From positions 141,989-205,988 of the forward strand of contig DIKI01000001.1 of NCBI GenBank assembly GCA_002424475.1: a DNA stretch of 64,000 nt, in the 5' to 3' direction. The first letter of the stretch is position 1; every line of letters begins with the position of its first letter. Source of the DNA: Sulfurovum sp. UBA5622. Lineage in GTDB: Bacteria; Campylobacterota; Campylobacteria; Campylobacterales; Sulfurovaceae. The position numbers and the translations under genes are program-made. Shown piece after piece: positions 44,057-53,940 of the stretch. The notes below the pieces were generated by a model. The model searched no databases. It worked only from the letters and a program-made list of their open reading frames with translations, and was not told where the DNA came from.

Positions 44057-44262
44057 AAACCAACGATATAATACATCACCCTTCTTTTGTTGTTTTTATA
44101 ATACCACTTATAGTTGGTTGTGACGATTTAAATATTTTTGCTATCATGTGTTATAAATAACCTTCATTATAACTGTTCACTATAAGCTATTTCTCTCAGC
44201 ACTATTTACATTGTTATTCGAGTAATGCAAAAAGCACTTTTAAAGCACAAATTCATGTTTCT

Positions 44263-46458
<2,196 letters not shown>

Positions 46459-46562
46459 TTAAGTTTGATTGAAAGATGCCATGAAAGGCACCTAAACCAC
46501 TTTTCTTTCAGTAAATGTATTCACGCTTGAAATTTTTTTGCAGTACGTTATATGTCTCAATC

Positions 46563-47030
46563 TTATAATTCGTCCAAAATCTCAACCTCGACTAATTTCA
46601 TTAGAAGAGCGAGAGACTCTTGCCAGCCCAAATAGCAACCATCTTCTGGTATGACGGCAGGCACCCCCTCTTGCACTATGTTTAATTCTGTTCCAACGGA
46701 TACCTGCTTCAAGGTAATCGTCGTATGCATTTCGCCGGGCAGATTCGGGTCGTCAAACCTATCTGCATAGCGAATGCGTTCATATGGCACCAATTCAAGG
46801 TACTCACCGCCAAAAGAGTGACTTTTACCGGTAGTGAAGTTTGTAAATGACATCTTGTAGGTACCGCCGGCCTTTGCTTCCATATGGTGTACCTTGCATG
46901 TAAAGCCGTTTGGTGGAAGCCATTTTGCTATTGCATCTGCATCAAGAAAAGCCCGATAGACCCTTTCTTGTGTTGCACGGAGCACACGATGCAGTCGGAT
47001 AGTGTAGGATTTTACTGTAGTTGTTGACAT
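46563..47030 (-). CDS. SRPBCC / AHSA1 (Aha1-like) domain protein
   Basis: Typical family opening RVLRATQERVYRAFLDADAIAKWLPP and about 155 aa. Start at ATG 47030, 5 nt after GGAGGTG. Confidence 0.78.
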   Translation of the reverse strand: MSTTTVKSYTIRLHRVLRATQERVYRAFLDADAIAKWLPPNGFTCKVHHMEAKAGGTYKMSFTNFTTGKSHSFGGEYLELVPYERIRYADRFDDPNLPGEMHTTITLKQVSVGTELNIVQEGVPAVIPEDGCYLGWQESLALLMKLVEVEILDEL

Positions 47031-47171
47031 GCGTTCACCTCCATCTTGAAGTAACAGTAATTTTTGCATTATTACGTTTAAAATGAGTAATTAAAATCTG
47101 TTTACTGATTTTTTATTAGTTTTATTTAAGACATATAGATCAGGCAGCAAGACTGTTTGGCCGTCTAACGA

Positions 47172-47594
47172 TTAGTCGTTGTTATCAGGAACCACGGCAA
47201 TTGCATCAATCTCTACAAGAAAATCTGGATGCGTCAAGGCCGGCACAAAGATACCGCTAATGACGGGTGGATTTGGACGTTGTCCCCATACTTTTTGAAA
47301 CGCTTCAAATCCCACCTGGGCTGATTGTCCATGCAGGATATAGACGTTCCACTTTACGACATCTTGAAGTCCGGCTCCGCCTGCTGTTAGAGCTGTTTCT
47401 ATATTCTGCAATACCTTTATTGTTTGCGCTCTGAGGTCTCCATTGCCGACAATGTTGCCAGAAGCATCCACAGCATTCTGACCACCTATATAGATTGTTT
47501 TTACATTGCCACTGACAATAATAGCCTGAGTATATGCGGGGTTCTTGTGCAAGCCCGCTGGATTGAGATGTTGTACATTTCCATGCATTTGCAT
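47172..47594 (-). CDS. RidA / YjgF / L-PSP family protein
   Basis: IYIGGQNAVDASGNIVG...VKWNVYI...LVEIDAIAV layout. Start at ATG 47594, 5 nt after GGAGGTG. Confidence 0.8.
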   Translation of the reverse strand: MQMHGNVQHLNPAGLHKNPAYTQAIIVSGNVKTIYIGGQNAVDASGNIVGNGDLRAQTIKVLQNIETALTAGGAGLQDVVKWNVYILHGQSAQVGFEAFQKVWGQRPNPPVISGIFVPALTHPDFLVEIDAIAVVPDNND

Positions 47595-47620
47595 TTTTGC
47601 ACCTCCTTTTGTGCGAAAGA

Positions 47621-47640
47621 CTGACCACACTAATGGTCAG
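47621..47640 (-). promoter_or_regulatory. Inverted repeat in the RidA 5' leader
   Basis: CTGACCA-cactaa-TGGTCAG, perfect 7-bp arms, 27-46 nt upstream of the RidA ATG. Lies at the GC-rich to AT-rich transition. Confidence 0.4.
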
Positions 47641-47656
47641 ACATAGTTACTTTTCT

Positions 47657-47715
47657 GAGACTGTGTATATTTATCTTCCAATGCATTTATTATAGCAATA
47701 TTTCTTGATAATTTT
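47657..47715 (-). repeat. Promoter-like direct repeat, copy A (upstream of the RidA gene)
   Basis: 52 of 59 positions identical to 48651-48709 by hand alignment. On the minus strand it carries TATAAT (47689-47694). Confidence 0.8.
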
Positions 47716-47804
47716 AATTGATTGTATTTAGAATTTAAATAGAGTTGTTGTCGCTTGCTTATGACTTCTATATTTTGGTTATACTGAAACCCTCACATTG
47801 CCTA

Positions 47805-48557
47805 TTATTTTGCCTGATAGCCACCATCAATATTCAAAATATGCCCAGTTACAAATGAAGCCTTATCAGATAATAGCCAAACAATGCCATTCACTATTTC
47901 TTCAACACTACCCATGCGTTGCATTGGATGCATTGCAGATAATGTTGCTTCGTCATATACACCTTGACCAATAGCTTTTTCAATCATTTCAGTATTCACT
48001 ACGCCTGGAGCAACTGCATTAATTCTAATATTATCTGTAGCATAATCTAAAGCAGCAGACTTTGTGAGACCAACAACAGCATGCTTTGTTGCACAATAAG
48101 CACCAGTATATGCAATGCCATTAAGTCCAGCTATAGAAGCAAGATTGACAATACTTCCTCTACCGTTTTTTAACATATGCTGTATTTGATATTTCATGCC
48201 AAAATATACTCCGAGTATATTAGTTTGAATCATCTCTTCAAATTTTTGCGTATTTGAATCTGCTATCTTAGCGCCTTCTGTTTCAATTCCTGCATTATTT
48301 ACAGCATAATCAAGCCGACCAAATTTTTTTACTGTCTGTTCAACCAAAAATTTATGATTTTCCTCTTTATTGACATCCGCTTGAATAAATATAGCATCTC
48401 CGCCTTTTGCGCGAATATTTGCAACTACTTTTTCACCTAACTCTTTTCGTCTACCACATAGTACAACTTTCACGCCTTGGCTTGCAAGAACTTCAGCGGT
48501 ACCTTTGCCAAAACCAGATGTTGCTCCTGTTATAAGAGCTACTTTATTTGTTTTCAT
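47805..48557 (-). CDS. Short-chain dehydrogenase/reductase (classical SDR)
   Basis: TGATSGFG cofactor motif, NNAG, catalytic YCATK. Start at ATG 48557 after GGAGGAAAAA. Confidence 0.9.
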   Translation of the reverse strand: MKTNKVALITGATSGFGKGTAEVLASQGVKVVLCGRRKELGEKVVANIRAKGGDAIFIQADVNKEENHKFLVEQTVKKFGRLDYAVNNAGIETEGAKIADSNTQKFEEMIQTNILGVYFGMKYQIQHMLKNGRGSIVNLASIAGLNGIAYTGAYCATKHAVVGLTKSAALDYATDNIRINAVAPGVVNTEMIEKAIGQGVYDEATLSAMHPMQRMGSVEEIVNGIVWLLSDKASFVTGHILNIDGGYQAK

Positions 48558-48650
48558 TTTTTCCTCCACACTACGGATCAATCGTTAAATTTCTACTTTT
48601 TGCCACCCTTAAAATGAGCGATTTTGACTATCCTAGATATTTGCTTATCC

Positions 48651-48709
48651 GAGATTGTGTATATACATCTTCCAATGTATTTATTGTAGCAATATTTCTT
48701 GGTGATTTT
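48651..48709 (-). repeat. Promoter-like direct repeat, copy B (upstream of the SDR gene)
   Basis: Partner of 47657-47715. On the minus strand it carries TACAAT (48683-48688) and a perfect 10-bp palindrome TGTATATACA. Confidence 0.8.
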
Positions 48710-48741
48710 GTTTTAATGATAAACCCTTTAAATATAACAAT

Positions 48742-49611
48742 TTACTTCAAAATCACCAATAAAACACCACTAAGCACTATCAAAGCACCGCCTATTAAAA
48801 TCTCAGAAGTCGGATACATATCTCCTAGCATAATGCCGAATATTGTGGCAAAAAGTATCACCGAATAACTTGCGGCACTCACTATACCGGCAGGTGCGGC
48901 ATAATAAGCCTTTGTCATAATGATCTGAGCCAATGCAGCAGATCCACCCATGATCATTATCCATAGCCAATCCAGCCCTTGCGGGTGCACATAAGCAATA
49001 AGGTTTGCATTTAACAAGGGCAATGTATAAAATACACCTATGATCATTAAAACAAGTGGGATAGCAACCCCAAAGCCCATAAATGACAATACTACTGCCT
49101 TTTCGTCATAATAGCCTTTTAGGCTTCGTACGCTTGTATAGGCAAGTGCAGACAAAAATCCGATCATGACCCCTGCTATCTGCAAGGAATCTATCTGGAA
49201 TTTACTCAAAATAGCCACACCTATAAAGCCGACAATTATAGCAAATACCGAAATGTATCCTATCCTCTCTTTTAAAATAAAAAATGCCAATAGCGCCGTA
49301 AAGATTGGTTCTGTTTTGGCATAGACAACAGCATTTGAAAGAGATGTCGCTTCTATGGTATAGAAAAACACTATGAGTGCAGCCGTACCGATAATTCCTC
49401 TAAAAAGAAGTGCAACCAATCTGCCTCCACGGTTTTGCATCGGATGACACCATACCATCCATATTATGATGATTAAACCAACCAAATTGCGCCAAAATGT
49501 CACTTCAGCTGCACCCATGCTGTGAGATAACAGTTTTGCAAATGCCATAGTTATTGCAAATAAAAAAGAACCTATAAGCATGTAAAATACGCCCAATCGT
49601 GTTTGACTCAC
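48742..49611 (-). CDS. EamA/DMT-family transporter
   Basis: Ten predicted TMs arranged as two EamA-like halves. GTG start. Confidence 0.82.
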   Translation of the reverse strand: MSQTRLGVFYMLIGSFLFAITMAFAKLLSHSMGAAEVTFWRNLVGLIIIIWMVWCHPMQNRGGRLVALLFRGIIGTAALIVFFYTIEATSLSNAVVYAKTEPIFTALLAFFILKERIGYISVFAIIVGFIGVAILSKFQIDSLQIAGVMIGFLSALAYTSVRSLKGYYDEKAVVLSFMGFGVAIPLVLMIIGVFYTLPLLNANLIAYVHPQGLDWLWIMIMGGSAALAQIIMTKAYYAAPAGIVSAASYSVILFATIFGIMLGDMYPTSEILIGGALIVLSGVLLVILK

Positions 49612-49775
49612 CTGGTTTGCCTTTATGTTTTATTTAAATTATTATGAAGCTTATTTTTACATCAATTCACTTTTGATATCTTGCTGGAATTATATCCACC
49701 TTACTAAACCTATATGCTTATCGCCTTAAACATAATTATGCTAATATTTTCAAAATTTTTCAAGGACAGTAAAGC

Positions 49776-50294
49776 ATGAATATAGAAAAAATAGGCTACG
49801 GTAAAAATCCGGACGAAGTAAAAGTAATAATCGAAGTACCTCTAAATTCAAATATTAAATATGAAATAGATAAAGATTCTGGCGCAGTTGAAGTAGATAG
49901 AGTTTTATATTCAGCTATGCATTATCCTGCAAATTATGGTTTTGTACCAAATACTCTATCAGACGATGGTGATCCAGCCGATATTTTAGTATTGTGTGAT
50001 TATGTACTTCAAGCAGGCAGCGTAATTAAATGTAGACTTGTAGGTGTTCTTCTAACCGAAGACGAAAAAGGCGGCGATGAGAAACTACTTGCAGTACCAT
50101 CAAGCAAAATAGACCCGACATACGACAATATCCAAGATCTTAACGATATCCCTGTGCACACACAAAATCGTATCAAAAATTTCTTTGAAACATACAAAGC
50201 ACTCGAACCAAACAAATGGGTAAAAGTAACAGGTTTTCAAGGCAAAGCAGAAGCAACTGCAATCTTAGAAAAAGCTATCAAAAACTACAAATAA
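49776..50294 (+). CDS. ppa: Inorganic pyrophosphatase (family I)
   Basis: IEVPLNSNIKYEIDKDSG, YPANYGFVPNTLSDDGDPADILV. Confidence 0.96.
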   Translation: MNIEKIGYGKNPDEVKVIIEVPLNSNIKYEIDKDSGAVEVDRVLYSAMHYPANYGFVPNTLSDDGDPADILVLCDYVLQAGSVIKCRLVGVLLTEDEKGGDEKLLAVPSSKIDPTYDNIQDLNDIPVHTQNRIKNFFETYKALEPNKWVKVTGFQGKAEATAILEKAIKNYK

Positions 50295-50300
50295 GCTTTC

Positions 50301-50320
50301 ATGGGGTCTTGCGGCTCCAT
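50301..50320. terminator. Weak hairpin between convergent ppa and the amidase gene
   Basis: ATGGGG-tcttgcgg-CTCCAT (6-bp stem including one G-U pair), followed by ATTTAT. Confidence 0.3.
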
Positions 50321-50393
50321 ATTTATCCGAAATACTTAAATATTTTTAGTGCAACACTGGTCACGAGCGTGGAAAATTCTCGTTGACAATGAT

Positions 50394-51617
50394 CTAATTA
50401 TCTATCTCTTGTGCGCGATTGGCTAAATATCGTCCAATACCATCCGCAATACCCCTGGCTGCTCGTTCTTGGTAATATGGATCAAAAAGCTTTATCCGCT
50501 CTTGGGGGTGTGTAATGTATCCGATCTCTACCAAAACAGATGGTCTGCTTGCACCAACCAACACCCAAAAAGGAGCGCTTCTCACCCCGCCATCATAAGC
50601 ACCTAAATTTTTAAGCAAATTTCTTTGGATATCGATGGCTAATTTATTTGAAAGTATAATCTTTGGACCCGATAAAACTGCATCCAAAATAACTTGTTTA
50701 CTGCTTTTGTCAGTACCCTGCAAGACTGCACTGTTTTCTCTTTCCGCTACTCTCTTGCTTCTAGCATCACGTGTTTTTTGCAAAAAAAATGTCTCTACGC
50801 CATACATATAAGATGACTTTTTTTCATTTGGAGCTGCATTGCAATGAAGTGAAACGAAGATCTTAGCATCTTTGCGGTCGGCTATCTTGGTTCTTTGCGC
50901 CAAAGTCAAAAAGCGATCATCGTCCCGTGTCAAATATACCCTATATCCCCGATCGGTTAATATTTTGCCCAATTTTTTTGCCATTACAAGCACTGCATCT
51001 TTTTCTCTTTTGCCATCACTTGTTGCGCCTGGATCTTTTCCTCCATGGCCTGCGTCAATGACTACTACATCCCCGCAAGCCAAATACGAAGAAGTTGTCG
51101 TGAGCTCTTCTTTTTTCATCTCTTGCTTGTCTATATTTTTTTTATTATTTTCATTTTGTGGCTCTAGGTTATATTCATTTTGAGATTTTATGTTATTTTC
51201 ATTTTGAGGTTCTGGGTTATTTTCATTTTTTGGTTTATCAGCAAAAAGAATTGCCAGTTCATTTTTTTTAAATTCAAGTGGAATTTTATATGTTTTTTTT
51301 GTTGGTGAGAAATATGGTTCGCCGCCTATCTCACCATTTATTACAATCCTGATCTTGGTTGGTTGATTTTGAGCAATACGAACTGTTTTATTTGCATCTA
51401 TAGTACCGATATTCTGACCCATAATAACATTATTAAAATCAAATATCTTTCTAGTTGGATTATCCATATTAAAACTATGGATTTGACCGCTATCCAAGGA
51501 GTCTTTAAATTGTAACTCCAATACTTTGTCATTTAATGATACTTTTTCTAAAATATTGATTGCATATGCAAATGTATATGCAAATATGATATTAATAAAA
51601 AGCCATCTTAATAACAT
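50394..51617 (-). CDS. N-acetylmuramoyl-L-alanine amidase (AmiA/AmiC type, AMIN domain plus Amidase_3)
   Basis: Signal peptide, AMIN-like N-domain, octapeptide-repeat linker, catalytic VVIDAGHGGKDPGA...SLHCNA...VEIGY. Start placed at ATG 51617; the track ORF starts at 51641. Confidence 0.9.
   Translation of the reverse strand: MLLRWLFINIIFAYTFAYAINILEKVSLNDKVLELQFKDSLDSGQIHSFNMDNPTRKIFDFNNVIMGQNIGTIDANKTVRIAQNQPTKIRIVINGEIGGEPYFSPTKKTYKIPLEFKKNELAILFADKPKNENNPEPQNENNIKSQNEYNLEPQNENNKKNIDKQEMKKEELTTTSSYLACGDVVVIDAGHGGKDPGATSDGKREKDAVLVMAKKLGKILTDRGYRVYLTRDDDRFLTLAQRTKIADRKDAKIFVSLHCNAAPNEKKSSYMYGVETFFLQKTRDARSKRVAERENSAVLQGTDKSSKQVILDAVLSGPKIILSNKLAIDIQRNLLKNLGAYDGGVRSAPFWVLVGASRPSVLVEIGYITHPQERIKLFDPYYQERAARGIADGIGRYLANRAQEIDN
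51145..51240 (-). repeat. In-frame tandem repeat, 4 x 24 nt, inside the amidase gene
   Basis: Plus-strand units TTATTTTCATTTTGTGGCTCTAGG / TTATATTCATTTTGAGATTTTATG / TTATTTTCATTTTGAGGTTCTGGG / TTATTTTCATTTTTTGGTTTATCA. They encode DKPKNENN-PEPQNENN-IKSQNEYN-LEPQNENN. Confidence 0.9.
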
Positions 51618-51624
51618 ATCTAGA

Positions 51625-52725
51625 TCATCCCTTTTCACCAAAAACTAATTTTTGCATGAGTTCTTTAACGGTAATGATTTCCGAAAGTTTATAACCATTT
51701 GAGCCAGTAAAAAATAGCCCTTTGCTCAAATCTCCATAATATGCATCACTTAATCTATCGGCGATGCAATATCCTACAGCTTTTGCCTCTACTCCTCTAT
51801 GGCAAGGAGCAACGCAGTTTGATATACAGGCTACTTTTGGAGCAGTCCCCTCTTCTATCATTTTATGAAGATTTGTTTTTACACCACGAGCGGGATAACC
51901 TACTGGTGATTTAAAAAGCTGTATATCTTCTTTGGTTGCATTAATAATAGTTTGCTTAAAGACATCACTGGCATCACACTCTACTGTGCCTATAAATCTG
52001 GTACCGAGCTGGACTCCTCTTGCACCAAGAGCAAACATTTTTTTGATGTCTTCATTGTCCCATATGCCTCCGGCTGCAATTACTGGTATATCCCCCCAAA
52101 GTTTCGCTTCTTCTACTACGGGAGGCAATATAACTTCTAGTTGGTTTTCAGGTAAAAAACATTCTTCATATTTAAAGCCTTGATGCCCTCCACTAAGTGG
52201 TCCTTCAACGATAACAGCATCGGGCAATCTGCCATGACTTTTTTCCCATCTTTTACATAAAATCTTAAGTGCTTTTGCAGTTGATACTATTGGCACTATA
52301 GCAACATCTGGAAAATCTTTTACACATTCTGGCATAGTAAGCGGCAGACCTGCACCTGTAATAATAATATTAGCCCCTGCTCTGCAAGCGTCTTCAACGA
52401 CTCTTTTATAATCATTCATAGCATATAAGATATTGCACCCCAGTGGTTTGTCCCCGCAAATTTTACGGGCATTTTCAAAAATAGCATTCAATGCTTTTGC
52501 TGAATAGAAATTTATCGCTTCTACAGGACGATTATCGCCAGCCAGTTGATCTGCATATGCACAATTTTCATAAATACCGGTACCCACAGCACTGATCACG
52601 CCAAGTCCACCTTCTAAAGAAACAGAACCAGCCAATTGATCCCAACTTACACCAACTCCCATACCACCTTGTATAATAGGTGTATCGATTGTATATTTTC
52701 CGATTTTAAGAGGTGCGAATGCCAC
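51625..52725 (-). CDS. NAD(P)H-dependent flavin oxidoreductase (nitronate monooxygenase / FabK-like family)
   Basis: PIIQGGMGVGVS, IIITGAGLP, VIVEGPLSGGH, IPVIAAGGI. GTG start sharing 1 nt with the tyrS stop. Confidence 0.82.
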   Translation of the reverse strand: MAFAPLKIGKYTIDTPIIQGGMGVGVSWDQLAGSVSLEGGLGVISAVGTGIYENCAYADQLAGDNRPVEAINFYSAKALNAIFENARKICGDKPLGCNILYAMNDYKRVVEDACRAGANIIITGAGLPLTMPECVKDFPDVAIVPIVSTAKALKILCKRWEKSHGRLPDAVIVEGPLSGGHQGFKYEECFLPENQLEVILPPVVEEAKLWGDIPVIAAGGIWDNEDIKKMFALGARGVQLGTRFIGTVECDASDVFKQTIINATKEDIQLFKSPVGYPARGVKTNLHKMIEEGTAPKVACISNCVAPCHRGVEAKAVGYCIADRLSDAYYGDLSKGLFFTGSNGYKLSEIITVKELMQKLVFGEKG

Positions 52726-53924
52726 TATAGTACCTTTATTTTTGCAAATTTTCTTTTTCCAACTTGAATGATATATTCCCCACTCTCAAGTTGTAATTGA
52801 TCATCAACAACTTTTTGTTGATTAATTTTAACTGCGCCTTGTGCAATATCTCTTCTAGCCTGAGAGGTTGAAGGTTCCATGCTTGCATCTACTAACGCTT
52901 TACATATCCATGTAGAAGTTTCAAATGAAAATTCAGACATCTGGGATGGAACTTCATTTGATTTAAAAACCTTATCAAATTCCTCTTTTGCAATATTAGC
53001 CAACTCTTCATTATAAAACCTTGCGACCAGCTCTGTTGCCAAATTTTCTTTGACAACCTTCGGATGCATTATACTATCCTCAACACCTTTTTTCAATAAA
53101 GCTATCTCATCAAGTGTTTTTGTGCTAAGCAGTTCATAATAACGCCACATAAGCGTATCGGAAATTGATAAAACTTTAGCATAGATAGTATTTGGGTTTT
53201 CTGTAATACCAATATAATTATCCAATGACTTGCTCATCTTTTGTACGCCATCTAAACCTTCTAGTATCGGCATGGTAACAATTGCTTGCTCTTTCCCTAT
53301 ACCATAAGAACGTTGCAAATGTCTACCCATAAGTAAATTAAACTTTTGATCAGTACCACCGATTTCAATATCACTTTTAAGTTCAACACTATCATATCCC
53401 TGAAGAAGTGGATATAAAAATTCAGAGATAGATATGCTTTGACCACCTTTGTATCTTTTTTCAAAATCATCACGTTCAAGCATTCTTGCTACATTAAATA
53501 AAGTACTCAAGCCAACCAATCCGGCGGCCCCTAGCTTGTCAAACCAAACAGAATTATAAAAAATCTCTGTTTTAGCTCTATCTAAAATTAAAAATGCTTG
53601 ATCTTGATATGTTTTTGCATTGGCAATAATTGTGTTTTTGTCCATGACTTTTCTAGTTTCACTCTTACCGGTAGGATCACCTATGGTTGCAGTAAAATCA
53701 CCTATAATAAGCTGCACTATACCGCCATAATTTTGAAATACTTTTAATTTATGCAAAAGCACAGTATGCCCCAAATGCAAATCTGCGCCTGTAGGATCAA
53801 AACCAACCTTGACAGTATATGTTTTACCTTCTGTATAATATCTGGTTATCAATTTTTCTATAGATTCTAGATCTATTATCTCGGACGCTCCTCTTTTTAT
53901 CTCCCCAAGTGCCTTTTGTATCAT
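52725..53924 (-). CDS. tyrS: Tyrosine--tRNA ligase
   Basis: HIGH motif (DLHLGH), KMSKS present, C-terminal S4-like domain. Confidence 0.96.
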   Translation of the reverse strand: MIQKALGEIKRGASEIIDLESIEKLITRYYTEGKTYTVKVGFDPTGADLHLGHTVLLHKLKVFQNYGGIVQLIIGDFTATIGDPTGKSETRKVMDKNTIIANAKTYQDQAFLILDRAKTEIFYNSVWFDKLGAAGLVGLSTLFNVARMLERDDFEKRYKGGQSISISEFLYPLLQGYDSVELKSDIEIGGTDQKFNLLMGRHLQRSYGIGKEQAIVTMPILEGLDGVQKMSKSLDNYIGITENPNTIYAKVLSISDTLMWRYYELLSTKTLDEIALLKKGVEDSIMHPKVVKENLATELVARFYNEELANIAKEEFDKVFKSNEVPSQMSEFSFETSTWICKALVDASMEPSTSQARRDIAQGAVKINQQKVVDDQLQLESGEYIIQVGKRKFAKIKVL

Positions 53925-53940
53925 TCATTCCCTCTTTTAT

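Noticed and set aside
44057-44262. Left flank of the GC-rich block examined for att sites, inverted repeats or gene remnants
   Set aside because: Only a 7-bp inverted pair (AACCAAC/GTTGGTT) about 50 nt apart and a short AAAGCAC direct repeat. Neither has a counterpart at the right boundary.
47305-47628. 107-aa alternative-frame minus-strand ORF overlapping the RidA gene
   Set aside because: The Arg/Cys/Trp-rich product is typical of an off-frame read through GC-rich sequence. The RidA frame has family-typical motifs and a strong SD.
48548-48868. 106-aa plus-strand ORF spanning repeat copy B; I considered whether the 59-bp repeat encodes a duplicated peptide
   Set aside because: In copy A the equivalent frame is closed by a TGA immediately before the repeat (47656-47658). 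Five of the seven mismatches between the copies change the amino acid in that frame, and only one is synonymous. The ORF also runs antisense into the EamA gene. The repeat is treated as regulatory or structural DNA.
51262-51269. Homopolymeric A/T tracts of 8 nt (also near 3730, 10188 and 25017) as possible phase-variation switches
   Set aside because: Tracts of this length are common in AT-rich Lys-codon runs. I saw no G/C tract longer than 6 nt (the longest is at about 52092).
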